Part shown: one piece after another, positions 1 to 8,689 of the stretch | Position numbering within the stretch: position 1 is the first letter of the stretch | Layout of the letters: every line of letters starts with the position of its first letter | Assembly: GCA_029548485.1 (NCBI GenBank) | Contig: JAKPNH010000011.1 | Span: forward strand, 1 to 46,854 | Length of the DNA stretch: 46,854 nucleotides | Direction: 5' to 3' | Origin: a bacterium | GTDB taxonomy: Bacteria; Patescibacteriota; Minisyncoccia; UBA6257; Colwellbacteraceae | Position numbers and translations under genes: made by a program | The notes under the pieces: generated by a model | Databases searched by the model: none | The model's input: only the letters and a program-made list of their open reading frames with translations | Told to the model about the DNA's origin: nothing

Positions 1-651
1 TACCGGACTGTTGGTTTGGTTGTTGCAGCAGCATTTGTAGAAGTTTCCGGAGCCTCCTTCGCAGGAACCTGACCAGAGACCCTTATTTTGTTCGTTGACG
101 AGACATTGGTTGGAAGAAGCTATGTTGGTGCATTTGTCGGCGAGAGAGTAGAGACGGGAAGTGATGCGGTAAAAATACACAGTATAAGGTATAGAAACCC
201 TGGCTAAAAGAGGAAATTTACATTCTTCAATTTGATATTTACCCCATGGAAGCAGATTCTCCGATCCAGATATTCCCAAATTTCTTCCCACTTGTCCGCA
301 GGAAGTTCCGGGACAGCCGCCGGTGCTGTTGGCGCTATACGAAGTGACACAAGTGGTATATGGGTGGCAGCCTTCTTTACCTTCTGTATCTTGCCATCGA
401 CTATACTCTCTTTGGTACCAGACTTCTTCTTCGACAGAATCCAAGATGTTACTTGAAGGAGTGTATGTTTCTGGGACTTCCTCATACGAGATACATTCAT
501 CTCCTTGGCAGATTTGTCCGTTTATACATTGAAAATAGCTGTCCGGAGGAAAGTCTCCTTCAAGGCATTGGGTTAGTTGGGCCTGAGTTACTTGGAAATC
601 TATTGATAGAAATCCAACAAATAAAATCGTAAGAAGGATAATCTTTTTCAT
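1..651 (-). CDS. Cys-rich secreted protein, N-terminal part. The ORF runs off the left window edge and is absent from the supplied ORF track.
   Basis: Manual minus-strand translation from ATG 649-651 gives MKKIILLTILFVGFLSIDFQVTQAQLTQCLEGDF..., a signal-peptide-like start. It continues for 217 codons without a stop down to base 1. I count 15 Cys by eye, ending ...FYKCCCNNQTNSPV. Confidence 0.7.
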   Translation of the reverse strand, partial: MKKIILLTILFVGFLSIDFQVTQAQLTQCLEGDFPPDSYFQCINGQICQGDECISYEEVPETYTPSSNILDSVEEEVWYQREYSRWQDTEGKEGCHPYTTCVTSYSANSTGGCPGTSCGQVGRNLGISGSENLLPWGKYQIEECKFPLLARVSIPYTVYFYRITSRLYSLADKCTNIASSNQCLVNEQNKGLWSGSCEGGSGNFYKCCCNNQTNSPV

Positions 652-658
652 TGGATTT

Positions 659-667
659 ATTATATCA
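659..667 (-). promoter_or_regulatory. Extended -10 promoter TGaTATAAT. The hexamer ends 7 nt before the ATG at 651.
   Basis: Minus strand reads ...tga tataat aaatcca ATG. There is no convincing -35 and no SD. Confidence 0.45.
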
Positions 668-676
668 TAACTAAAG

Positions 677-707
677 AATAACCCTCGTTTTTTAGACGAG
701 GGTTATT
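677..707 (-). terminator. Hairpin terminator after the 706-1383 gene
   Basis: A 12-bp stem (aataaccctcgt / acgagggttatt) with a 7-nt loop overlaps the stop codon. The downstream T-run on the minus strand is modest. Confidence 0.45.
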
Positions 708-1383
708 AGAGTGCAGTCATAAGGTTGGTGAGAGCATCTTCGATAGAGCTGTTATTGTCCGAGACAATAACAATTATCAAATTAGCTCCCGCCCAGTCAT
801 TAAGGAGTGGAGCACCGACCGTCCCGAGAAGAGTCCCTGCCTTCAGTTCAATTCTATAAAGGTCTTTGATCATCTCGAGAGTGACCTCTATATCTTCCGG
901 AATCACTTTAGTGGCGAAGCTCTCTTGTAGTTCTTGCGTCAGATTGATACCGCAAATTATCATCGCAAGATCCGGCCACTCGAGCGTTAGAGAGCTTTCC
1001 CCAGTAATACTATCTCTAACTCCTCCATATACAGTCGCGTCCTTTGCGAGCGTGACCTCAACGCTGCCAGTCCTTACCGCTTCTGTTGAGAATCTGCAGA
1101 GTAGTATAGGAAAGTCAACTTGAGTGGTTGGGTCGGTAGTCTTCCAGTATTCATAGTAGTCAGGCTTTTCAAACCTTACCGGACTAAGCTTTATCGGCTC
1201 AGTCGGTGTCTCCGGTTTAGCTGGCTCCACAGGATCGACGGGTTTAGTCGGATCCGGCTTCTCCGCAATCGGATCTTCCAGGATAGGTGTCTCGCCTTTG
1301 GGAACAAAGACGAGAATCGAGGTGAGTATAAAACAAAAGATGATGACGAACACGAAGATCTTCCGAGTCTTTCCTTTTCTCAA
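706..1383 (-). CDS. Membrane-anchored protein with a Pro-rich linker, function unknown (possible degenerate LytM-like C-terminus)
   Basis: TTG start preceded by AAGGAGG. N-terminal TM segment IFVFVIIFCFILTSILVF, then a PxP linker (PDPTKPVDPVEPAKPETPTEP). The C-terminal motif KAGTLLGTVG...NLIIVIV resembles that of the neighbouring ORF. Confidence 0.65.
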   Translation of the reverse strand: MRKGKTRKIFVFVIIFCFILTSILVFVPKGETPILEDPIAEKPDPTKPVDPVEPAKPETPTEPIKLSPVRFEKPDYYEYWKTTDPTTQVDFPILLCRFSTEAVRTGSVEVTLAKDATVYGGVRDSITGESSLTLEWPDLAMIICGINLTQELQESFATKVIPEDIEVTLEMIKDLYRIELKAGTLLGTVGAPLLNDWAGANLIIVIVSDNNSSIEDALTNLMTAL

Positions 1384-1391
1384 CTTTGCTC

Positions 1392-1398
1392 CCTCCTT
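1392..1398 (-). promoter_or_regulatory. Shine-Dalgarno AAGGAGG, 8 nt upstream of the TTG start at 1383
   Basis: Minus strand reads ttAAGGAGGgagcaaagTTG. Confidence 0.6.
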
Positions 1399-1489
1399 AA
1401 GAGATTAGCAGTTGTTAAACCACTGCTTATGCTTTTTTTATAGCATAAATAGGCTGATTTGTCAAAGGAAACAAACGGCTGGATAGAGT

Positions 1490-2053
1490 TTAAATTCCCA
1501 ACTTGTCTTCGATGTAGAGATTGGTGTTCGAATAAACCGTGCCCGGGAATAAAGCTTGATTCTCGATGCTCACGATCAAGTTGTAATCCCCGAAAGCGTC
1601 AACCGTATTTTCCGAAACATATCCCAAAACATCCCCTTTTTGCGCTTCGGAGTTCTGATTCATATCGGATAAAGGATTGGCGAGGACATTGACGCTGATA
1701 AGTCCGGCGGTCGAATTCGGTATGACGAAATGGCGCAGTAAAATGCCGGAATAAGGGCTGTTGGGGCTGCTCGGATTGTCCATGGATATCGGCGCCGTTG
1801 ATCCGTCTGTCGGAGCGAAAACCGGCGCTCCGGCGAGAATCTTGAATCCGAGAATCGGATCCCTCGCTTCTTCAAAATAGATAAATCGGGCCTCGGAACA
1901 GTATTTTTCTTCGACCAGAAGGCACGTCCCCGGCTTCGATATCCCCGAAGAGAATAACCTGAAGGAAGCGAACCATCCCTCCCTCCATCCGACGAAAACC
2001 CCGACCGCGAGCACGAGAAGAACGATCAGAAATATTTTTAAGGATTTGGACAT
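1490..2053 (-). CDS. Membrane-anchored protein, possible catalytically dead LytM/M23-like domain
   Basis: N-terminal TM segment IFLIVLLVLAVGVFVGW. GFKILAGAPVFAPTDGS and KGDVLGYV...GDYNLIVSIE resemble M23 motifs, but the metal-binding His residues are absent. Confidence 0.6.
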   Translation of the reverse strand: MSKSLKIFLIVLLVLAVGVFVGWREGWFASFRLFSSGISKPGTCLLVEEKYCSEARFIYFEEARDPILGFKILAGAPVFAPTDGSTAPISMDNPSSPNSPYSGILLRHFVIPNSTAGLISVNVLANPLSDMNQNSEAQKGDVLGYVSENTVDAFGDYNLIVSIENQALFPGTVYSNTNLYIEDKLGI

Positions 2054-2075
2054 AATGGTTTCAGTATAACATATA

Positions 2076-3974
2076 TCATTCCGCCGAGACGTTTCCCGTT
2101 GTTATCGAGTCCGCGGATTTTCCCACCCGGTTCTTGTAATACCAGTCGAGCACGTCGCGTCCGATCGGAACGGCGTTGGTAGTGCTCGTTTTCGCGTTTT
2201 CCGCAAGTACCAGAACGCAGATCGACGGGTAGTCTTCGACCGGCATCGGCCCGCAACCGACGAAAATGGCGTTTATTTTTTTGTTGTCCAGGACCGAAGC
2301 GCTTCCGGTCTTGGCGACGCTTTGGTAATCGAGATCCGCCAGGCTGGTGCAGGTGCCGTAGGATTTGTAAACCGCGTCCGACATTCCCTTCAACGTCGTC
2401 TGCATTTCCGGCTCGAGATAAGAAATATCGCGGACTACTTCCGGCTCGCTCCCCGAAACGATATGCGGTTTGTAGATCAAGCCGCCGTTGACGATCGAAG
2501 CGTAGGCCCGAACGAGTTCGAGGAGGCTGATTTTCAAATCTCCGTGGCCGATGGAAACCTGGTAGGTGTCTCCCAATCTCCAGGCGATGCCGGTTCTTTC
2601 TTTCTGGGTCGAAGGAGAAGGAATGAATCCGGTCGCTTCTCCCGGAATCTCCACGCCGGTTTTCTCGTTGAATCCGAAAAGCTTCAGGTATTTTTCGATC
2701 AAAGGCATGCCCAATCCCTTGAAATCGGTCTCGCCCTGGATCAAATCTTCGTTATACGGCAATCCGCCTCCGACGGCGTAGAAAAAAATGTTGCTCGAGC
2801 GGGCGATGGCGGCGTAAAGGTCGACCCAGCCGTGCGGCTTCCAATCCGGAAAAAGCGTCGGCTGATCCGGGTAATACGGGTTCGGCACCTCGAGCACGCC
2901 CGAAGAATAGACGAGATCGCTCGGTTTGATGATTCCTTCTTTCAGGGCGGCGATGGACAAAAAAGGCTTCACGGTCGAAGCCGGACTGTATTTGCCCATG
3001 ACCGGCCGGTTCAGGATCGGGCTTTTCGGATCGTCCAAAAGATTCGGTATCTCGTCGAGGGTGAAACTCGGATAGCTGATGAGGCTCAAAATCTCGCCGG
3101 TTTTCGGATCAAAAACGATGCCGGCTCCCCCTTCCCGGAGGTCCAAATCTTTGATTCCTTTTTCGAGTCGCCAATAGAAATATTCCTGGAGTTCGGCGTC
3201 GATGGTGGTTTGAAGGTCGTTTCCGATTTTCGGCTCGGTCAAAGATTTCTCTTCCAGGGATTCTCCTTTGACGTTCCGCCTGACGATCGTCCGGCCATTC
3301 ACTCCCCGCAGGCTTTCGTCGAAAGCCGCCTCGAGACCGGTTTTCCCGACGGTGTCGCTTCCCGTAAGGCCGCGCTTCTTGATGTCGTTGGCCGTCGCGA
3401 GGCCCGTATAGCCCACCGCGTGGGCAAAAGCTTCGTCGAATTCCCGTTTAAAGTCGTCGGCCACGAAAAGCGAATTCAATCCCATTCCTTTCAGATCTAT
3501 GGCTTCGGAATTGGAAATGTCCTTTTTGATCAGAACGGTATCCGTCTCCTGAAGATTGCTTTGATTCAATATGGAAAAAAGCTTGTTCTGGTCGACGCCG
3601 AGCTTGGCCAAGGCTTCGAGCACCGGAGCCATCTCGTTCTGTTTGACGAGTTCGGCCGGCCGCAGATAAACGCTAAGTATCGGCGTGTTCCTGACAACCG
3701 GCTTTCCGTAGCGATCGAGAATAATCCCTCTCGGCGCCGACTCGATAATCACTTTGTTGATGTTCGCGTCCGCGCGTTCGGCGTAAGCCTTGTTTTTGAC
3801 GATGCTTAGAAACCCCGTCCTGAAGAAAACCAAGCCCCCGATCACGGCCGCGACCAGGCCGAGCCCCAAGAATATCCGCCTGTCCAAATCTTTTTCGGTC
3901 ACGGAAAAACCCCTCGAGGATTCGGTGTCCAGGGTGATTTCGTCGAAATTGATTTCGTGGAATCCTTTTTTCAT
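2076..3974 (-). CDS. mrdA: Penicillin-binding protein 2 (class B transpeptidase)
   Basis: 632 aa with an N-terminal TM segment. Contains the SxxK motif (STVKP), SSNIFFY and the KTG motif (KTGSA), and lies directly downstream of mreBCD. Confidence 0.9.
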   Translation of the reverse strand: MKKGFHEINFDEITLDTESSRGFSVTEKDLDRRIFLGLGLVAAVIGGLVFFRTGFLSIVKNKAYAERADANINKVIIESAPRGIILDRYGKPVVRNTPILSVYLRPAELVKQNEMAPVLEALAKLGVDQNKLFSILNQSNLQETDTVLIKKDISNSEAIDLKGMGLNSLFVADDFKREFDEAFAHAVGYTGLATANDIKKRGLTGSDTVGKTGLEAAFDESLRGVNGRTIVRRNVKGESLEEKSLTEPKIGNDLQTTIDAELQEYFYWRLEKGIKDLDLREGGAGIVFDPKTGEILSLISYPSFTLDEIPNLLDDPKSPILNRPVMGKYSPASTVKPFLSIAALKEGIIKPSDLVYSSGVLEVPNPYYPDQPTLFPDWKPHGWVDLYAAIARSSNIFFYAVGGGLPYNEDLIQGETDFKGLGMPLIEKYLKLFGFNEKTGVEIPGEATGFIPSPSTQKERTGIAWRLGDTYQVSIGHGDLKISLLELVRAYASIVNGGLIYKPHIVSGSEPEVVRDISYLEPEMQTTLKGMSDAVYKSYGTCTSLADLDYQSVAKTGSASVLDNKKINAIFVGCGPMPVEDYPSICVLVLAENAKTSTTNAVPIGRDVLDWYYKNRVGKSADSITTGNVSAE

Positions 3975-3975
3975 T

Positions 3976-4257
3976 TCAAATCAAAATCAGAACATTAAAA
4001 ATCATTTCCGCGGCGACGATGGCGATAACGAAGCCGAAGCTTATCTTCGTCCGCAAAAAATCCCCGAGCCAGCTGCCGAAAGCGGCCGACAAAATAAAAA
4101 AGAGAAGGGTGACGTCGAATCCTGGATAGAATTTCACGAAAAACCCGGCGATCGAAAATACCAAAGTCCTTTGCCACCAGCTCCTGAAGAAAAAGCTCGC
4201 GGCGACGGCCAGGCCGAGGAGAAGATTGCCGAAGCTAATCAACAATGACCACGACAT
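3976..4257 (-). CDS. Small polytopic membrane protein in the MreD position
   Basis: 93 aa, hydrophobic throughout, lying between mreC and pbp2. Assignment rests on synteny only; it is shorter than a typical MreD. Confidence 0.45.
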   Translation of the reverse strand: MSWSLLISFGNLLLGLAVAASFFFRSWWQRTLVFSIAGFFVKFYPGFDVTLLFFILSAAFGSWLGDFLRTKISFGFVIAIVAAEMIFNVLILI

Positions 4258-4897
4258 TGCGGAGGTTCTTGAGTTCGTAGGTCGGTTGGAGTCGGGCTTC
4301 TTTGAGCGGAGAACCGGAAGTGATGTTCACGGCCCTGCCCAAAACAAGGCCGTAGGGAAGATTCTTGTCGGCGGTAAAAACCATATCTTCTTCCTTGGTC
4401 GGGCTTTTGGAATCGATGAGGCTCAATTTGGCGGTCAATCCGCCGTCGTAAAAAGCGTCGGTTTCCGATTCGCCGATGCGGACCGGGGTTTTGAAATCCT
4501 TGTCGAAAATCGTCTGGACAACGGCCGAGTTCGGATAAACCCGCTTTACCCGGCCGACCATTATCTTGTTTTCGACGACCACGGCCATGCCTTCTTCCAC
4601 CCCGGAACTCGAACCTTTGTTGATGACGATTTCCGAGCGGTTGGCGAAAGGATAAAGCGAATAAACCTTGGCCGCCACTTTTTCTCCTTCGGTTTCCTTG
4701 TTTCCGATCTTCAAATTTAAAAGCTGGGCTTCAAGCTCCAAGTTCTTGATTTTCAAGTTGTCGATTTCGCTTGTGCCGGACTCCATGGCGAAAGACAAAA
4801 GCCGGTGGCGCAGAGAAAGAACGTTCTCTCCGCCGCAAATGAGATACGCTCCGATGATAAACGCCGTGAATAAAAGCGCGCGATTGTTCTTCCGCAT
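4235..4897 (-). CDS. mreC: Rod shape-determining protein MreC
   Basis: N-terminal TM segment, a coiled-coil segment (NLKIKNLELEAQLLNLK), then a beta-rich domain. Lies immediately downstream of mreB. Confidence 0.8.
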   Translation of the reverse strand: MRKNNRALLFTAFIIGAYLICGGENVLSLRHRLLSFAMESGTSEIDNLKIKNLELEAQLLNLKIGNKETEGEKVAAKVYSLYPFANRSEIVINKGSSSGVEEGMAVVVENKIMVGRVKRVYPNSAVVQTIFDKDFKTPVRIGESETDAFYDGGLTAKLSLIDSKSPTKEEDMVFTADKNLPYGLVLGRAVNITSGSPLKEARLQPTYELKNLRNVVVIVD

Positions 4898-4913
4898 GAT
4901 TACTTATATTGTA

Positions 4914-5957
4914 CTATATTTTGATCTCGCGAGGCTTGGCCTGGCTGTCCAAGATCTTTTCGTAGTGGCCGAAGTCCTCGATGATCATGCCGACTCCCCT
5001 GATGACGCAAGTCAAAGGATCGTCGATCAAAGTGGCCTGACTCGCGATTTCTTTCGAAAGATACTGGTCGAATCCGCGAAGCATGCTCCCGCCACCGCAG
5101 ATGTAGACTCCCCTTTCGAGAATGTCGCCGACGAGTTCCGGCGGCGCTTCCTCGATCAGGCTTTTCGAGGCTTCGGCAATGGTTTTCAAAGATCTCGAGA
5201 TGGCCATCCTCACGTGGGAATTCTTAATGACCGCTTCTTTCGGAAGGCCGGTCGAAAGATCCCGTCCGTGGACGGTCATTTCGAGCTTTTCGTCGAGAGG
5301 AATGGCCGAACCGATGGAAATCTTCAGATCTTCGGCCGTGGGTTCGCCGATGGCCAGCTTGAATTCGTCCCTGATGAATCTGATGATGTCTTCGTTCAAT
5401 TTGTCACCGGCGGTTTTCAGGCTGTTCGAAATCACCGTGCCGCCGATAGAAATGATGGCGATCTCCGTGGTGCCGCCGCCGACATCGACGATCATGTTGG
5501 CGGTCGGATCCTCCACCGGCAGGCGCGCGCCCAAGGCGGCGGCAATCGGCTCTTCGATCAGGTAGACCTTGGAAACGCCAGCGGAAAGAGCCGCGTCTTC
5601 GACAGATTTTCTTTCGACTTCGGTTAAGTGGGTCGGCACGCCGAGCACGGCCAATCCGTAACGGTTGAAAATGCCCTCACTCAGGTTCCGAAGATGGTAT
5701 TTGATAACCTCTTCGGTCATCTCGAAATCGGAGATCACTCCTCCGGTCAGGGGCTTTACGACGTCGATGTGTTGGGGCGTCCGGTCGAGCATTTTTTTGG
5801 CTTCGCTGCCGATAGCCACGATCTGGCCGGTCTTGTTGTTGACGGCCACGATGGTCGGTTCGTTCACCAAAAGCCCCTTGTTCTTGAGATAGATTAAAGT
5901 GTTGGTCGTTCCGAGATCGATGCCGACATCTTTGCTAAATTTTCCGAAGATATTCAT
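4914..5957 (-). CDS. mreB: Rod shape-determining actin homologue MreB
   Basis: Contains [25 protein letters not shown] and YICGGGSML, the actin-fold phosphate and adenosine motifs. Confidence 0.95.
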   Translation of the reverse strand: MNIFGKFSKDVGIDLGTTNTLIYLKNKGLLVNEPTIVAVNNKTGQIVAIGSEAKKMLDRTPQHIDVVKPLTGGVISDFEMTEEVIKYHLRNLSEGIFNRYGLAVLGVPTHLTEVERKSVEDAALSAGVSKVYLIEEPIAAALGARLPVEDPTANMIVDVGGGTTEIAIISIGGTVISNSLKTAGDKLNEDIIRFIRDEFKLAIGEPTAEDLKISIGSAIPLDEKLEMTVHGRDLSTGLPKEAVIKNSHVRMAISRSLKTIAEASKSLIEEAPPELVGDILERGVYICGGGSMLRGFDQYLSKEIASQATLIDDPLTCVIRGVGMIIEDFGHYEKILDSQAKPREIKI

Positions 5958-7149
5958 AGTTCACCAGTGTTGTTTTCTTTTCAGTCCTTTTCTTCAATTC
6001 TATTTTCTTGCCGGTTTTCTCGCTCACGATCAGCCGATACGGAATGCCTATCAAGTCGGCGTCGGCGAGCTTTTCTCCCGGAGAAACGTCGCGGTCGTCG
6101 TAAAGGACTTCCAGGCCGTCTTCGAGCATTTGCTTGTAGATTTTCGCGGCCGATCCTTTCTTGAATTCCAAAAGATGGAACTTGTAGGGAGCGACTTCCT
6201 CGGGCCAGATCAGGCCTTTTTCGTCGTTCGAAGTGTCGGCGATCGTCCCCATCACCCTGTTCAGGCCGATGCCGTAGCAGCCCATCTGGACCTCTATTTC
6301 CCGGCCGCTTTTGTCTTTATACCGCAATTCGAACGGCTTTGAAAACTTGACACCGAGCTTGAAAATATTGCCGACTTCGATGGATTTTTTCTTGGAGAAT
6401 TCGCGGCCTCGGCACACCGGGCATTCCCGCTGTTCGGAGACGATTTCTTCGTTTACGGCCACCCGGCATTTTTCGCAGACGTAGATCGTGTCTTCTCCGG
6501 ATTCGGAAAGGGTTTGAAATTCGTGGGAATATTTGGAGAATGTTCCGCCCGAAGCCCAAGTGAGATAAGTGATCTTTCCCAAACCCACCCGCTTCCAAAT
6601 CTTCATGTAAGTCTTAGATACCTTGTCGTAATACCGGTCGAGGTCGGCCGCGTCCGCGTGAAAAGAATAAAGGTCTTTCATGAAGAACTCCCGGCCGCGG
6701 AGCAATCCGGCCTTGGCCCTTTTCTCGTCGCGGAATTTGTTTTGTATCTGGAAAACCGCTTTCGGCAGATCGCGGTAGGAAACGATGTGTTTTTTGGCGA
6801 TCGGAGTCAATTCTTCTTCGTGGGTCGGCGCCAGGGCATAATCTATTTCCGAAATCTGGCTTTTTATCTTGAAAAGCGCGTCGAAATCGAGCCAGCGCCC
6901 GGTCGTTTCCCAATTCGCCTTGGGCTGGAGCGAAGTCATTAATATTTCTTCGGCTCCGATCGCCGTCATTTCCTCGCGGATGATCTCTTCCAGTTTCCTG
7001 AAAACCCGGAGTCCGAGGGGAAGGAAAGCATAGGCTCCGGCCATCACCTTGTAAATAAAACCTCCCCTTATCAAAAGGGAGGCGTTTTTCGATTCCTCGT
7101 CCTTCGGCGCTTCTTTCAGGGTCTTGGTGAAGAGTTCGCTTTGTTTCAT
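5935..7149 (-). CDS. proS: Prolyl-tRNA synthetase, minimal bacterial type lacking the INS editing domain
   Basis: N-terminus MKQSELFTKTLKEAPKDEE...AGAYAFLPLG is typical of ProRS. Class II motifs and a C-terminal anticodon-binding domain are present. At 404 aa, a CxxC...CxxC segment sits where INS normally does. Confidence 0.85.
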   Translation of the reverse strand: MKQSELFTKTLKEAPKDEESKNASLLIRGGFIYKVMAGAYAFLPLGLRVFRKLEEIIREEMTAIGAEEILMTSLQPKANWETTGRWLDFDALFKIKSQISEIDYALAPTHEEELTPIAKKHIVSYRDLPKAVFQIQNKFRDEKRAKAGLLRGREFFMKDLYSFHADAADLDRYYDKVSKTYMKIWKRVGLGKITYLTWASGGTFSKYSHEFQTLSESGEDTIYVCEKCRVAVNEEIVSEQRECPVCRGREFSKKKSIEVGNIFKLGVKFSKPFELRYKDKSGREIEVQMGCYGIGLNRVMGTIADTSNDEKGLIWPEEVAPYKFHLLEFKKGSAAKIYKQMLEDGLEVLYDDRDVSPGEKLADADLIGIPYRLIVSEKTGKKIELKKRTEKKTTLVNYEYLRKI

Positions 7150-8153
7150 TTGGAAAATAGTTTGCTTATGTCTCTTATGTTAACAACTATCATCAGAAAC
7201 AGCAAAATCAAATATCCCGCCAAATTGACGGTCGAAGCGATCTTGGAATTGGCCGGCTTGCCGCGGATTTTCTCGTAGATAAGGAAAGCGATGTTGCCGC
7301 CGTCCAAAGCCGGAATGGGCAAAAGATTGACCACCGTGAAATTCAAGGAAACCATCCCCAAAAGTTGGAGCACGTAAGGAAGGCCCAGTTTGTTCGCCGT
7401 GTGGATGGCGCCGATCACTCCCACCACTCCGCTCACCTCGGAAAGGCTTCCACGGATCCTTAGAAAACTCGCGAGCCTTTGGACAATCAAGCCGATGATC
7501 TCGAAACAAGACAAAAGGCCTTGTTTGATGCTTCCGAAAAATCCGAGCCGGTCCACGCCCGGTTCGGTCACTTCGGCGCCGATCCGGCCGGTTTCGGCCG
7601 AAACCAAAGACATGGGCGTGACGCTCACTTTGATTTTCTCGTTGTCGCGGTTCACTTCCAAAGCCAAGGGTTGGCCTTCGTGGCTTCTGATAGCTTCGAG
7701 AAAAGCGTCGAGATCGGAAAAACCCAAGACTTGGTCTCCGTTACGGAGTCCGGCCGATTCCGCCGGACTGTTCGTAAGCACGTTCGTGATGTAAAGGGCC
7801 TGCGGAATGCCGACCATGAAAATGACGGAAAAGGCGGCCCAGGCGATCAGAAAATTCATGGCGATTCCCCCCAAAAGCGTAAGCAGCCTTTTCCAAAAAG
7901 GAGCGTTGTTGAATCCCCTTCCCGGCTCGCCCGATTTTCCCTGTTCGATCTCGACGAATCCTCCGAAAGGCAAGGCGTTCAGGCTGTAAACGGTTTCGCC
8001 GATTTTCTTGGAAAAAAGGCGCGGCTTGTATCCGAAGCCGAACTCATTGACTTTCATGCCGCTCAACTTCGCCACCAGAAAATGCCCGAATTCGTGGCCG
8101 GCGACGATCAGAGCCACGAAAAAAAGAATCAATATGATTTCGACGGCGAGCAT
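7146..8153 (-). CDS. rseP: RIP metalloprotease RseP (M50, with a PDZ domain)
   Basis: HEFGHF zinc motif in TM1, a central PDZ-like segment (GLRNGDQVLG) and a C-terminal LDGG motif. Confidence 0.85.
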   Translation of the reverse strand: MLAVEIILILFFVALIVAGHEFGHFLVAKLSGMKVNEFGFGYKPRLFSKKIGETVYSLNALPFGGFVEIEQGKSGEPGRGFNNAPFWKRLLTLLGGIAMNFLIAWAAFSVIFMVGIPQALYITNVLTNSPAESAGLRNGDQVLGFSDLDAFLEAIRSHEGQPLALEVNRDNEKIKVSVTPMSLVSAETGRIGAEVTEPGVDRLGFFGSIKQGLLSCFEIIGLIVQRLASFLRIRGSLSEVSGVVGVIGAIHTANKLGLPYVLQLLGMVSLNFTVVNLLPIPALDGGNIAFLIYEKIRGKPANSKIASTVNLAGYLILLFLMIVVNIRDISKLFSK

Positions 8154-8158
8154 GGATG

Positions 8159-8689
8159 TTATTCGTCGAGTTCCCCGATCTTTTCCTTGACCAGGCAGTC
8201 GACTTCTTCGTTGAACTTGTCGACTCTTTTCTGCAATTCGTCCTTTTGCTTGAATTTCTGGTCTTCGGGAAAAGTGTTGATTATTTTTTGCGCCTTGTCC
8301 CTTTCGAGCCGCATTTTGATCCTGTTTTCCTCGGCCAGAGACTTCACGAGCTTGGCGAGCTCGTCGCGCCGCTCTTCGGTGAGGCTCGGAAGGGTCACCC
8401 GGATGATGGCGCCGTCGGTAGAAACGCTCAACCCGGAATTGTTCTGGCTGATGGCTTTTTCTATATTCGGCAGAATGCTCTTGTCCCAGGGAGAAATGAC
8501 GAGATCCCTTGGCGGAACGATATTGATGGTCGCAAGCTGGTTTACGGTCATGGCGTCGCCGTAAGCGTCGACTTTGACGTCTTCGATCAAGCCCGGACTC
8601 GGCCGGTTTGATCTGATCTTCTGCATTTCGGATTTAAGGAAAGCGAGAATGTTTTCCGTAGACGATTGGAAATCTTTTATCGGGTCCAT
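8159..8689 (-). CDS. frr: Ribosome recycling factor
   Basis: Full-length match by eye, e.g. IRVTLPSLTEERRDELAKLVK and the C-terminal helical segment. Confidence 0.95.
   Translation of the reverse strand: MDPIKDFQSSTENILAFLKSEMQKIRSNRPSPGLIEDVKVDAYGDAMTVNQLATINIVPPRDLVISPWDKSILPNIEKAISQNNSGLSVSTDGAIIRVTLPSLTEERRDELAKLVKSLAEENRIKMRLERDKAQKIINTFPEDQKFKQKDELQKRVDKFNEEVDCLVKEKIGELDE

Noticed and set aside
204-632. Track ORFs 204-500(-), 232-456(+), 323-532(+) and 360-632(+)
   Set aside because: All lie inside, and out of frame with, the much better supported edge ORF 1-651(-), which has a signal peptide, an ATG and a promoter.
1426-1450. Hairpin ttatgct-N-agcataa as a terminator after the 1490-2053 gene
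   Set aside because: The stem is only 7-8 bp and AT-rich, and no T-run follows on the coding (minus) strand. It is too weak to call.
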